From contig NC_043017.1 in NCBI RefSeq assembly GCF_006345805.1, positions 17,670,001-17,734,000 on the forward strand: a stretch of 64,000 nt of DNA. Direction: 5' to 3'. The first letter of the stretch is position 1; every line of letters starts with the position of its first letter. This document shows, in pieces, positions 13,140 to 26,159 of this stretch. The notes under the pieces were generated by a model. It searched no databases, was not told the origin of the DNA, and saw nothing but the letters and a program-made list of their open reading frames with translations. The translations under genes and the position numbers were made by a program. The stretch is from Octopus sinensis. Its lineage: Eukaryota.

Positions 13140-13632
13140 TTAATATTGATGGCGGTGTTGTTGTTGATGTTATTATTAATCTTGTTGTTAACGTTATTGT
13201 TGTTGTTGTTGTTAATATTGCTGTTGTTGGTGATAATGTTGCTGTTGTTATTAATATTGTTGTTGTTGTTGGAGATAATATTGCTGTTGTTGGTGATAAT
13301 GTTGTTGTTGTTGTTGGTGATAATGTTGCTGTTGTTATTAATATTGTTGTTGTTGTTGGTGATAATGTTGCTGTTGTTATTAATATTGTTGTTGTTGATG
13401 TTGATGTTATTATTAATCTTGTTGTTGTTAATATTGTTGTTGGTGTTGATAACGTTATTAATGTCGTTACCGTTATTACTAAGGTTGTTGTTGTTAATGA
13501 TTGTCTTGTTGTTATTAACGTGGTTAATGTTATTGATATAATTGTTGATGACGATGATGACGATGACGATGATGATGATGACGATGACGATGATGATGAT
13601 GACGATGACGATGATGATGATGATGATGATGG
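13140..13632. repeat. (GTT)-rich minisatellite (~40 bp higher-order units) followed by (GAT/GAC)n
   Basis: Recurrent GGTGATAATGTTGCTGTTGTTATTAATATTGTTGTTGTTGTT; the poly-V/L/D ORFs are artefacts. Confidence 0.9.
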
Positions 13633-13742
13633 TGGTAGTACCAGTTACGCACTGGGGTCGATGTAATCGACTTAATACCTATGTCTGTCCTTGTTTGTCC
13701 CCTCTGTGTTTAGCCCCTTCTGGGTAATAAAGAAATAGGTAT
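13632..13742 (+). mobile_element. SINE family B 3' half
   Basis: AGTACCAGTTACGCACTGGGGTCGATG...GTAATAAAGAAATAGG, as in the full copy at 31596. Confidence 0.85.
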
Positions 13743-14044
13743 TGATATTGCGTATTGTCGTCGTTGTTGTTTGTTATTAACGTTGTTGTTGTTTCTGTTA
13801 TTGCTTTTTGTTGTCAATGTTGTAATTATGCAGCGACAAAAAACAAAAAAAAAAACAACAAAAAAAACACACCCACAGAAAAAAAATCTGCTAATATTCC
13901 GAGTTATCCATTTACTTACGTCGCCAGCCTGCAAATTTTCCACAGAACATCAAAGCCCAGCTTCTTCCCTCGTCTCTTTCCATTCATTCATCCATTCATA
14001 CATACATAGGCAAGAAATCTTGAAATAAACTGAATGATGACATA

Positions 14045-14333
14045 CATACATGTATGTGTGTATGTATATATATATATATATGTAGGTACGTATGTATATA
14101 TATATATATATATATGTAGGTACGTATGTATATATATATATATATGTATGTATGTATGTATATATATATGTATCTATGTATATATATATATGTGTATATA
14201 TATATATGTGTGTATATATATGTGTATATATATATATATATATGTGTATATATATGTGTATATATATATGTGTATATATATGTGTGTATATATATATGTG
14301 TATATATATGTGTATATATATATGTGTATATAT

Positions 14334-14373
<40 letters not shown>
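14045..14373. repeat. (TA)/(TG) compound microsatellite
   Basis: Direct reading. Confidence 0.97.
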
Positions 14374-14509
14374 GGTGTGGTGTGGTGTTAACAATAACAA
14401 GCCCCAGAAATCCACTCCTTTACGGTGTTGTTATTGTTTGTAGTGGTGAGTGGTGATGGGCGATGCCAAAAAAGGCCCTCAAATTTATCCTCCCGGCCCT
14501 TAAGATTAC

Positions 14510-14636
14510 CCGGTTCCTTTTTTAAGAATCCAAGAGGGGTTGTCTTCTTCGTAAACTGTCATTGTTCTTCCAGTGAAGCAGCTGTAGTCGCTATCCATGG
14601 TAGTACCTCCATTGCATGAAAATTTCAACACGTTTC
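14510..14636 (-). CDS. Candidate 127 nt exon (NVLKFSCNGGTTMDSDYSCFTGRTMTVYEEDNPSWILKKGTG)
   Basis: Acceptor TGTTTTTCCAG, donor GG|GTAATC, frame open throughout, internal ATG in ACCATGG context; ends phase 2, compatible with exon 7244-7298. Confidence 0.35.
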
Positions 14637-14654
14637 CTGGAAAAACATTATTTC

Positions 14655-14697
<43 letters not shown>

Positions 14698-15519
14698 AAT
14701 TTTTTTTTTCTTGTTCTATTCCGGAGAAATTAGCAGTTCAAATAGTGATGATGCCATCTTTACAAAAACCACATTCCTTCAGAGTGGTGTTGTTATTGTT
14801 GTTGTTGTTCCTATAAGGCGATGTTTGTTGTCTTAGATTTATCTCCGAACTCGCAGTTCCAATAATGGTAAAACCGACGACGCCTATTTCTCCGTTCCTT
14901 CTCTTTGAAGAACGGCGTGAAAATAAGTAAATAAATACATAAATAAATAAATGGGGAGGTCAATCAGTGCTTTCTGCTATCCTTCTTTTATATACATCAA
15001 ATCGTGTGTGTGTGTGTGTGTGTGTGTGGTCGAGGATTTTTTTTTTTTTTTTTGTTTTTTTTGTGTTTCTTTTGGGTTTTTGTTTTTGATTAATGGTTAA
15101 ATGTTCGATCTAAGAATTAATCTTATCCTCTGATTAATACTTTCTTTTTCTGTTTTTTTTTCTTTCATACATTTTTTTTTTTTTGCAGCAGTGGTCAGAT
15201 CTCGCGTTATATTATCATCATCATCATCATCATCATTATTATTATTATTATTTCTTTTTTTTTTTTTTCTTTTTGGAGGAGTTACCGCTTTCAACAGTGT
15301 TCGTCGTAGCAGCGCACAGCGGAATCTATGTTCGATTTCTATGGATCGAAGTGTTGTTCTGCATACGAAATCTCCAAATTTGTCTCACTTACTCAACCCC
15401 CCCATCACATCCCACCCCCCACACCGCCTCTCATGCTTCTGAAATTCAAAGCTTTGTTATACATCCTCTTTTTTTTTTTCTCTTTTTCTTTTCGTTTTAC
15501 CCCCATTTACCCCCCATCT

Positions 15520-15539
15520 TTATTTCCTCCTTTTTCTCC

Positions 15540-15577
<38 letters not shown>

Positions 15578-15845
15578 GACATTCAGTTTCTCTTTTATCT
15601 TATAATACATTATCATTGTCTTTCAGTCTTTCCTACAATATATTATCAGTCTCTCTTTCCTCTCTCTCTCCTCTCTCATTCTCTCTTTCCTATCTCACTC
15701 ACTCTCTTTCTCCTACTTACCAGGACTCCATCAATATCTGTCCTTCCTTATCTCTCTTTCTCTCCTTATATCTCTCTTTCTCTCCTCATCTGTCTGCTTC
15801 TCTCCCCTTCTCTCTCTCTCTGTTTCTCTCTCCCCTTCTCTCTCT

Positions 15846-15917
<72 letters not shown>

Positions 15918-15980
15918 ACTTCTCCATTTTTCTTACTTTTCTGAATTCCATTCTTCTTCTCTCTCCTCTGCTGTCAATTC
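15520..15980. repeat. (CT)n polypyrimidine tract
   Basis: Direct reading. Confidence 0.95.
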
Positions 15981-16642
15981 TTTTCTTTCATATTTTCGAT
16001 CACATCTCCACACCTACCCCCTCCTTTCTACCCTTCTTCTCACCTCCATACAATCCCTTATTTGTTTTGTTTTTTTTTGTTTTGTTTTGTTTTTTTTGTG
16101 TGTGTTATTTTCAATCTGATTCTCTTTTCCTCTTTTCTCCTTCCCATCTTTTATTTTCTTTTCACTGGATTCTATTTTCGTAGAAAGCTTCTTGGCTTTG
16201 GATTACCAATTTTGACGCCATTCACATATCAGATATTTATCGAACCTAAAGATTCTGTCATTAAGACTCTCCACTCAGCCTAAATTTCAACATGAACCAA
16301 AACTTTGTCTGTCTCTTACTTATTTCATAAGAATCGTCTTGAAACAAGAGCCATACGGAAAACGGCAGTATAACGTTATTAGTCACGACAAGAATAGAGT
16401 CATGACAAAATTGGAGTCGTATAAAAAATAAAGGCATAACTGCATTAGAGTCACAGTAAAAATAGTCATGACATCATTAGAGTCATAAAAAAAAATTAAG
16501 GTATAACGGCCCTTAGAGTCACAGTAAAATTGAGTAATAATGAAACTAGTCCTGACGGAGATACTGAGTCCCTGTAAAATTAATCAAAGATAAATTTGAG
16601 TTATTAGGAAATTAGGGCCAAAAGAATTTCGAGTCTCTAGAT

Positions 16643-16843
16643 CAGCGGTTTTCAACCAGGGTTCCGCCAGTACAGTCCAGGGTTTCCGCAAGAAGTTACA
16701 AAACTGCTAAAATCGGCAGTAATTTTTAATTCTCCTGTGCAGATATATGTGCAGAAGGCTATTAAATTATTGCACAGGGGTTCCTCGAGCCAGTGGAATG
16801 TTTCCTTGGGGTTCCGCTCCAGCAAAGAGGTTGAAAAGCACTG
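16643..16843. mobile_element. hAT/Charlie-like MITE, 201 bp, perfect 8 bp TSD
   Basis: TIRs CAGCGGTTTTCAACC / GGTTGAAAAGCACTG; TSD CTCTAGAT at 16635-16642 and 16844-16851. Confidence 0.92.
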
Positions 16844-17314
16844 CTCTAGATATTTTGAAGGTCTCGTGGAAGGACCACCTTTAATCAATTTTTTTTCCTT
16901 TTTTTTTTTTAAAATCAATATTGATCTAGTGTTTTTAAGTGTTAGTGGTACACTAGATCTAACACAACACAACCCAGTTTATCATTTGGTTGACTTTAGT
17001 AGAATTTTTAAAAACAATTAAATACAGTTTTTATACCAGCTGACTCTGTTGTAAGACTTTAGAGCACATCTGTAACGCCATCCTTGTCCAAATTTTTCCC
17101 ATATATGTTCCATCTGAGAATCGGCTGTATCAGTCACACCCACTTAAGACGATCTACAAAGGCTATGGCCACTGTCCACCTAAGCAGAGGTTAGATAAAC
17201 ACTATTATATATGTCTTAGCTTTTATCTTATTTTATTTGGAACAAACACTTAACTATGTTAATGACCAACTAACACCGTTTCCCCTTGTTCACAATAAAA
17301 TATGTTGTTTTAAT

Positions 17315-17517
17315 TACTCTTTTACTCTTATACTTGTTTCAGTCATTTGACTGCGGCCATGCTGGAGCACCGCCTTTAGTCGAGCAACTCGACCCCGGGA
17401 CTTATTCTTTGTAAGCCCAGTACTTATTCTATCGGTCTCTTTTGCCGAACCGCTAAGTGACGAGGACACCAGCATCGGTTGTCAAGCAATGCTAGGGGGA
17501 CAAACACAGACACACAA

Positions 17518-17554
<37 letters not shown>

Positions 17555-17727
17555 CATATATACGACACGCTTCTTTCAGTTTCCGTCTACCAAATCCACT
17601 CACAAGGCATTGGTCGGCCCGGGGCTATAGCAGAAGACACTTGCGCAAGATGCCACGCAGTGGGACTGAACCCGGAACCATGTGGTTGGTTAGCAAGCTA
17701 CTTACCACACAGCCACTCCTGCGCCCA
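17315..17727 (-). mobile_element. SINE family A, full length
   Basis: Same head and tail as other A copies. Confidence 0.9.
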
Positions 17728-17934
17728 TTAGTTGAAATTGTGTAATTACAATCCTTGTGTGTCTCCAGTTGAGCCTGTTTTATACATTTAAAATATAGTA
17801 AACTTCCTAAATAATGGCAAACTCCATGATTTGAGATGGTCTTATTGTGAATTTCCTGATTTTGGAGAAGTTCTTTTTATTTTAATACTTCTCCACATTG
17901 GGAGGTCACAACTCTGGTCATATATCTGCTGGGT

Positions 17935-18112
17935 TTTGATACCTTAGCTTTGTAAAGGCATTTGATAAGATAGATTACAGCATGATGTGTCATGAGCTAC
18001 GAGACCTTGGCATTGCTGATAAACTGGGAGAGTGGCTGCATGACTTCCTTAAAAACAGAAGTCAGACAGCTGCAGCCAGTGATGCCCTTTCTAAGAAAAC
18101 TCAAGTGGCGTC
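17935..18112 (+). mobile_element. CR1-clade RT fragment
   Basis: YLSFVKAFDKIDYSMMCHELRDLGIADKLGEWLHDFLKNRSQ, the D..KAFD / GI..KL..W..FL..R.Q motif. Confidence 0.8.
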
Positions 18113-18124
18113 CCCTAAGGAACT

Positions 18125-18262
18125 GACGATGATGACGATGGTGATGATGATGATGATGATGATGACAACGACAACGATGATGATGATGACAACAACGATG
18201 ATGATGATGATGATGATGGCAACAACAATGACGATGATGATGATGATGACAACAACAATGAC

Positions 18263-18294
<32 letters not shown>

Positions 18295-18530
18295 CGACGA
18301 CGACGACAATGATGATGATGATGATGATGACAATAACAACAACGATGATGATGATGATGACGACGACAACAACGATGATGATGATGATGATGACGACGAC
18401 AACAATGATGACGATGATGATGATGACAACAACAATGATGATGATGATGATGATGAAAACTGACGATGACAACGCCAACAGTGATGATGATGATAATGAT
18501 GATGATAACAATGATAATGATGATGATGAC
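18125..18530. repeat. (GAT/GAC/AAC)n trinucleotide tract
   Basis: Direct reading; poly-M/T, poly-S and poly-I ORFs are artefacts. Confidence 0.97.
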
Positions 18531-18964
18531 TTAGCATCTCATCTCTCACAATCTTTGGAAAACTTTATTTTCTTTCTCTCAGCTTTTCCACTGCATGTAG
18601 GCTTCAGAAAAAAAAAAAAGAAAAAAAGATAATGTTTGTTCCCCCCCTACTCCACCCTGCATTTTGAGACAAACATAATTGACTTCCATCTTACTGGTTG
18701 CCATGAATAGGTCCTCAATGGTTGAAGGACAGACAAGTTCATTGAGCTTTACTAAACTTGATATCCCACCCTGTTGTTTTACCTTCCATTGTTTTCATAC
18801 AACTGAGAATAAATGACAAAGCACTAAGTTATAAATTTCATTAGCTGTCCTATATTATTCATATTTATTTCATCAACAATCAAACTGGAAGACCTAAGTC
18901 AACACAACAGGACTTAAAATCTGGAACAACCGTTACTGATGCCTTTAATCTTTTATAATCACTA

Positions 18965-19395
18965 GTCTGCCTGTCTGTCTGTCTGTCTGTCTATTTGCCT
19001 GACTATCAATCTGTCTGTCTATTTGCCTGACTATCAATCTGTCTGTCTGTCTGTCTATTTGCCTGACTATCAATCTCTCTGTCTGTCTGTCTATCTGCCT
19101 ACATATCTGCCTGACTGTCAATCTGTCTGTCTGTCTATTTGCCTGACTATCAATCTCTCTGTCTGTCTATCTGCCTACATATCTGCCTGACTGTCAATCT
19201 GTCTGTCTGTCTATTTGCCTGACTATCAATCTCTCTGTCTGTCTATCTGCCTACATATCTGCCTGACTGTCAATCTGTCTATCTGTGTGCCTGTCTGTTT
19301 GCCTGACTGTCTCTCTAACTGACTGTATGACTGTCTATCTGTCTGTCTATTTGCTTGTCTATCCGCCTATCTGTCTGTCTCTCTTTCTGTCTCTC
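18965..19395. repeat. (CTGT)-based minisatellite with ~28-60 bp higher-order units
   Basis: Recurrent CTGTCTGTCTATTTGCCTGACTATCAAT. Confidence 0.9.
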
Positions 19396-19639
19396 TGTCT
19401 GTCTGTATGTATGTGTGTGTGTCATTATTCAGTTTTATTTCAAGATTTTTTGCCAATAGAGAAAGAACCAGTTTCTAACCTAGATCCAAGTCTCCTTCAC
19501 TGGAATGTCAACATCATCAATAGTGTATTTTTGTATGTATGTATGCATGTGTGTAAGTATACATGGAGATTTATATGTTTTGTTTTATGTACGTATTCTC
19601 ATGCATATACTTGCATATCTACACATGATCATATATACT

Positions 19640-20170
19640 AAAATGATAAACTTCTGGAAAGTTTTACAGACTATTACAGTTCCAGTGATGGCTTGGATCT
19701 GTAGGCTTCAAATCAGCTTTCTCCTTTTTGGTTTTGAGAAGACAAATTTCTTGAGATTGGTATTTAGGCAGCGTGTTACATATCCTAGTGCCCCAATAAT
19801 TACTGGTATATACCTGAACTTGTAATCTGGTTAGAGTAACTGCATATTTCTCAATAGTTCAGTGTAGGTGTTCTCTTTTTCACTGATCTTCAGCTTTATG
19901 TTAACATCCACAGGGAATTGATTTACACAACTGCACACAGTTTCTCTTCTCTATCCCAAATCATTACATCAGGTCTATTGTGTTTACATTTTATTGAGGT
20001 TTTCACTGGGACATTCCACCAGTACTCCTTTTTATTATGAGTAGCTATGGCTTCCACCAAAGTGTGGGTTCTTATTTCTTTGTCTTCAGGTTATCCTTTC
20101 AACAAATCTCATTATACAATGTCCTAGCTACAGCATCATGTCTCATCAGTGATGTTGTATAGTGAAACTG
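19640..20170 (-). mobile_element. R4/Dong-like non-LTR element, restriction-like endonuclease 3' end (degenerate)
   Basis: Minus frames: MRHDAVARTLY...YWWNVPVKTSIKCKHNRPDVMIWD...YIPVIIGALGYV (RHD / RPD / IGALG motifs), with stops. Confidence 0.8.
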
Positions 20171-20796
20171 TATATCCCTCCTGGTAAAAAGTGGTAGGAA
20201 CCAGCCATTATAAATAGTTGGTCATCAAGGGAGGGTTGAGAGTTGACAGTTCTAGTTGGTGTCTGGTGAAGCTATCAGCGATAGTAAGACAGAAGTTAGT
20301 GCATTACTATTGTGATACGAAGAGATACAATGGTATCCAATAACTAGTAACTATTGTGGCTACTAGTGTAAAACAGCAACTATTGTACAACAGTAGTCAC
20401 ACATCACACCAGTGGGAGGAACCCACTTTACAACAATGGTGACGAGGAAAAACAAATTTACATGGAGAGTTTAAACTTATTCATGTGGAAAAATTAAAAA
20501 ACTCAACAAAAAAGAAACAAAAATCTTGTGCAAACTTACGAAAATATGGAAGACTTGTTAGCTGAGGTAATTGAGTTGTAAAAACAGCAACAACAACAAC
20601 TCAAGGAACAATGAGAACAACAACAAGGATTGCAGCAGCAAATGTTACAACTAATGAATTTGATAATCAAACAGGAGAATACATTTTCACCTGACCATGT
20701 AGCAAATTCCATAAGTGAATCCAAATATGACCCTGAAGAAAGAGTAACCGTCGAGGCTTACATTCAAAGATTTGAATAAATTTTTGAAAAAGAATG

Positions 20797-21205
20797 TCAG
20801 GTGCAGGAGTGGCTGTGTGGTAAGTAGCTTGCTAACCAACCACATGGTTCCGGGTTCAGTCCCACTGCGTGGCATCTTGGGCAAGTGTCTTCTGCTATAG
20901 CCCCGGGCCGACCAATGCCTTGTGAGTGGATTTGGTAGACGGAAACTGAAAGAAGCCTGTCGTATATATGTATATATATATATATAAGTGTGTGTGTATA
21001 TGTTTGTGTGTCTGTGTTTGTCCCCCTAGCATTGCTTGACAACCAATGCTGGTGTGTTTACGTCCCCGTCACTTAGCAGTTCGGCAAAGAGACCGATAGA
21101 ATAAGTACTGGGCTTACAAAGAATAAGTCACGGGGTCGATTTGCTCGACTAAAGGCAGTGCTCCAGCATGGCCACAGTCAAATGACTGAAACAAGTAAAA
21201 GAGTA
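20797..21205 (+). mobile_element. SINE family A nested in Gypsy gag
   Basis: Full head and tail; splits the gag homology. Confidence 0.9.
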
Positions 21206-21319
21206 ATAGGATGGATGAAATGAAAACTCGTCTAGTTTTAATAAAACTTGTGACAGCAGAGCATGAGAAGTATAGTAACTTGATATTGCCAATAAGAGCG
21301 CCTGACATAAATTTCACCA

Positions 21320-21592
21320 ACAACGTGGCTGATGCCAACGCCGCCATGACTGACTTCTGTGCTGGTGGCACGTAAAAAGCACCAACAGATTGTGGCCGCT
21401 GCCAGCCTCCGGTGGCACATAAAAAGCACCCACTACACTCACGGAGTGGTTGGCGTTCGGAAGGGCATCCAGCTGTAGAAACACTGCCAGATCAGACTGG
21501 AGTCTGGTGCAGCCTCCTGACTTCCCAGGCCCCGGTCGAACTGTCCAACCCATGCTAGCACGGAAAACGGACGTTAAACAATGATGATGACA
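21320..21592 (+). mobile_element. RTE 3' UTR/tail nested in the Gypsy remnant
   Basis: GGCACATAAAAAGCACC...GGACGTTAAACAATGATGATG. Confidence 0.85.
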
Positions 21593-22804
21593 GTTGACAT
21601 TTTGTGCAAAATGTTTAGTGAAAAGAGCTCACTGTTAATATTAAATGGAAATGTTTAGACATAGAAAAGAGCGAAGATGAAGTCAACAAAGAATGTAAAA
21701 GATTTAGGCTGGATATACTTATTCCAGATCCTTTCAAGTGTTTGATTTTTCCATAAGGATTGACAGATAAAAGGGATGCAGAAATCTGAATAAAATTTCT
21801 AGCAAAACTGGAAATGAACCAGGATTTGACATAGCAGAAACTGTCGGGAAAGTATAACATGATATTAAAATTAAGGTATGAACCAGAAGAAATTCAATGG
21901 AAAGAGTGTTTTCACATAAGACCAGTACAAAAAAGTCAGAAAACAAATAAAGTGTTGCAAGAAAAACAGAAAAAATATTGGGACGTAGACCAATGTATGG
22001 CATGTGGTGGGATGCACCTGAAAAAATATTGTCCATATAAAAAAGCAAAGTGCTTTTGCTGCGGGTTTACAGGACATACAAAATCGCACTACGAAACTAG
22101 AATAATAGGATAATGGAACAAACAAGAAAAAATAAATAGTTTGTTAGCAGGAAAAGGTGTGACTACAAGAAACAGAAAATTCATGAATGTGAGAATTGAA
22201 ACCACTAGCATCAGAATGCAATTAGACACAGGAAGTGACATTACAATAATAAACGAGAAAACATGGGAACAAATGGGTAAACCAAAATTATGTAGTCCAA
22301 ACAAAATAGTGTTAAGGGAAGAAAATTATATTTCACGGGTGAACACGTTTGTAATATAATGTTGAAAGGCCGAACCAAAAAAGTGAATGTTTATGTGTTG
22401 AAAAATCCATAAATTTATTTGGTACTGAATGTATGGAGAAACTTAATTTATGGGATATACCCATAAGCATTTTATGTAGTAATGTAAATGGAGTAGTCAA
22501 ACGATTGAATGAGATTAATGAGCTGAAGCAAAAATGAAAGAAAGTTTCCCAAATGTTTTTTTTTAAGGTTTTAGTCTGTTGCACAAAAACAAAAGCAAGG
22601 ATTGCCTATCAAAGAAAATTCAACACCTATTTTCAGGCTGAAATGTAATATGCTATTTGTGTATTGGTAGACCAGGGCAATAAAGAACTAGGAAGATTGG
22701 AAAGCCTACCATGCAGACAGCAGCACCAGTGGTCAATGTAAAAAAAAAAAAAAAAAACCAGCTAAGAGTGTGTGCAGACTTCTCAACCAGATTGTAGATG
22801 GTTT

Positions 22805-23575
22805 ATGTTCGTTCCCTGAAATTGACTGGGAGGCCCTCTGTTGACCACAAAGTGCAAACGATTTCCTTGAACTGGTGCTGAATTCAAATTGGTCCCAAGT
22901 CGTTACCTCCCCCACTAGGGGTAACAACACTTTGGATCTGCTATTTACCGCTTCTCCTGAAACAATTATTAGTGTCACTACTGAAGAACCTTTAGGTGAC
23001 TCTGATCATTCCATGATCATGGCCGAATTGTCTCTGATTGGTTGTAACAAAAACCACAACTATCTTCAAACTGCCTGCTTTGACTGTAATAAAGCAGACT
23101 GGAGCTCTTATTGTACTGAGCTGTGACACTCAAACTGGCTCGAATTTTATGCCTCTGGAGATGTGAACACTATACTTCAGAACATTCTGAATTCAATATG
23201 GGTGGCATGTGCAGCATCGGTATCATGCAAGCACAAAAAACCCCACCCAATAGTGCAATTTGGGAGACTGCAGCAGTCCGACTTGCCCCAAGAAAGAAAG
23301 CCGTAATGCTGAACAGGAATACAAATTGCACAAATCAGAGATCAACAGGAAAAAGCGTAATAGATCAGCCAACCATCTCAAGCAGGTGACAAAAAAGGCT
23401 TGAATTCAAACAGTGCATAGCAACCAACCCACACAGCAAAGTGTTCTGGAAGTATGTACACTCAAAGCAGAGACCTCACTCCCCATTTGGCTCCCTTTGC
23501 AATCCCCACACAGGGCAGATTACTGGCAATCCCAAAGAATGTACAGAAATCATTGCAGCTTTTTGTAAGCTTTGT
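22805..23575 (+). mobile_element. CR1-clade ORF2 fragment (end of APE domain and linker)
   Basis: QVVTSPTRGNNTLDLLFT...PLGDSDHSMI...KADW; later KVFWKYVHSK. Confidence 0.85.
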
Positions 23576-23639
23576 TTGAGTTAGGGTTCAAGGACTGAGA
23601 AAGAAGTGTATTGTCTAAGTTTTATTTTTCTAAAAGTAG

Positions 23640-25105
23640 ATCATGAATTTCTGCTGATCTATCTGAGAACTAGTCACTGGACTTACGTGATTTAAATCCC
23701 ACTGATGAACTTGCAGCCTGAAATACTTTTGTTTTGAAATCTTCCCATAGATTGTTTGGGTCTAGATTGATACTTCTTATAGTATCATGGAATCTTTGCA
23801 AGTTGCTTGATGATTTAAAGTTTGCAGCATTTAACTTTTTGGGTACCTTAGGACCAGACTGTCGATTTTTAGGTATTATCGAAAAATTTATTTTTCCACA
23901 CACTAGACGATGGTCAGTCCAGCTCTCTGCTCCTCTCATGGCCCGAACACAAGAAACATCTTTCATATCACATTTTCTGATCAGAATATAATCTATGAGA
24001 TGTCAGTGCTTAGATCTTAGGTGCATCCAGGTGGTTTTATATTTACCTATCTGCTTAAACAGAGTGTTGGTGACAACCAGATTATACTCAGTACAAAATG
24101 TCACAAGAGCTACTCCCTTTTTATTACATTTTCCCATCCCATATCAACCTAAAACAGGCCATGAAACATAGTCCTTTCCAACTCTTGCATTGAAATCTCC
24201 CATGTGATAGATCATCATAAAACTGTCCTACAGTTTTATCAGAATGGGACATTGTTGGTGCATAAATATTGACAATGGTAAGAAACCTACCTTTTGTCAG
24301 TTTAATACGGCATGATATGGTCCGTTCAGATATACCACTTGGAAGCTCTGCAATGGAGGATACTAATGTATTCTTGAGAGCAAACCCAACACCAGATTCT
24401 CTACACTGACCCTTGGGTAGGTCTCTCCAAAAGATAGTATATCCATAAGTAGGTTCATTTACTTGACCCTCACCAGAGAGATGAGTTTCAGAGAGTGCAA
24501 CTATATCAAGGGAATATTTCTTAAGCTCGCATGCAATAAGTGCAGTACGCCTTTGTGGCCTCTTGTTGAAATTATCATCAAGAAGTATGTGCACATTCCA
24601 ACAGCCAAAATTTAGAGGATGTTTATTTTTACTTTTTCTTGATTGTTTGACTACAGTGGCAGGATGATGACCGGGTCCAGCCAGTGATACACTGGGACAC
24701 CTGCCAAGCCAGGCCTGTTCCCCTGACATTCCCAAGCCTTTTTTGCCATTTATTGAATCTGTTTGAGACATCTTAGTATAAGTTACAAGTGCAATTTTAG
24801 GTTTCTGCCAACCAACTAATTCAATGATTTTATTGAGATTTGGAATACAGGAAGTACCTGTCAGATGAATAATTTTCAATGGGTGTAGCTTGCACTGCCC
24901 TACCCCCACCTATTAGCCCAAGAAGACTTTTACTGGTGTGACATGAAAATTGACAAAACCAGGAACTTCCAAAGCATCAGGTTTTATTTCAGAGATTTCA
25001 TTCTCCTAGGTAGATTACAATCAAGGTTTAAGAGCTTCTACCCGCCCATGAGGTAAGCTATCCCATTCCAGACACCAAACCTACACTCAATACTCTATGA
25101 AGTGA
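23640..25105 (-). mobile_element. RTE (BovB-like) LINE 5' portion: 5' UTR and APE endonuclease, internally deleted, 3'-truncated
   Basis: LNFGCWNVHILLD...RRTALIACEL...DIVALSETHLSGEGQ...GVGFALK...NIYAPT; later SWTDHRLVCGK. Confidence 0.92.
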
Positions 25106-25424
25106 TCAAATATCACTCCGGTGACCGACGTGGAGTAGCTCAATCATACATAAAAAAAGAAAAGAAAAGAACAATATGTGATTTGCAAATGTAAATAAGA
25201 AGTGAATACAAATAATATATATAAATATAAAAACGTAAAAGATATGCAATTTAAAAATATAAAAAAAGGTAAGATTTAAATATAAATAAAATGTATATAA
25301 AATTGAAAATATACATATATATACATATAAAAAAAGGTACAATGTATGAATAAGAATTAAATAAGAATTAAAAATAAATAATATATATAAATATAAAAAA
25401 AGATATGCAATTGAAAAATATAAA

Positions 25425-25589
25425 GGAGTAGCTGTGTGGTAAGTAGCTTGTTTACCAACCACATGGTTTCGGGTTCAGTCCCACTGCATGGCACCTTGGG
25501 CAAGTGTCTTCTACTATAGCCTCGGGCCGACCAAAGCCTTGTGAGTGGATTTGGTAGACAGAAACTGAAAGAAGTCAATCGTATATATG

Positions 25590-25620
<31 letters not shown>

Positions 25621-25840
25621 TTGTGTGTCTGTGTTTGTCCCCCTAGCATTGCTTGACAACCGATGCTGGTGTGTTTATGTCCCCGTCACTTAGCGGTTCC
25701 GCAAAAGAGACCGATAGAATAAGTACTGGGCTTACAAAGAATAAGTCCCGGGGTCGAGTTGCTCGATTAAAGGTGGTGCTCCAGCATGGCCACAGTCAAA
25801 TGACTGAAACAAGTAAAAGAGTAAAAGAGTATAAAAGTAA
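25425..25840 (+). mobile_element. SINE family A
   Basis: Head and tail motifs. Confidence 0.88.
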
Positions 25841-26159
25841 AAAAGAATAAAAAGTTTTGAATGGTACAACAATGCACTATAATACAAACAATGGACTTAT
25901 ATACCTGTTGTAATTTAGTCATCCATAGTTTATGGATGACTAAAGCTGCTAAAGTAGTTACAGCCATACAAGAGATGCTGGAAAGGGGATTTCTTTTGCA
26001 ATTGCTGTGAGAAATCTGGAAGATTTCTCCATTGATTTAGAGTTAAAACTGGCCAAAGGAATTGTAAGAAGAAATGAGAGAAGAGTTGCCCTCAACCCAT
26101 CACCCAAGGTGACCACCTTTTATTTTTTCTCCTACTAGCATGACTGAGTTGAGAGAGGG

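Larger units (their letters stand above)
20311..22797 (+). mobile_element. Ty3/Gypsy LTR retrotransposon remnant (partial LTR, PBS, gag, protease, RT start), interrupted by a SINE and an RTE piece
   Basis: ...ACAACA then PBS TGGTGACGAGG at 20437; gag FSPDHVANSISESKYDPEE; knuckles CMACGGMHLKKYC and CFCCGFTGHTKSH; protease MQLDTGSDITII; RT start AAPVV..KK...RVCADFST. Confidence 0.88.

Noticed and set aside
13112-13666. Long V/D-rich and L-rich ORFs
   Set aside because: Translations of (GTT)n/(GAT)n repeats; no protein-like composition
17982-18632. 216 aa ORF
   Set aside because: CR1 RT fragment running into a (GAT/GAC) tract
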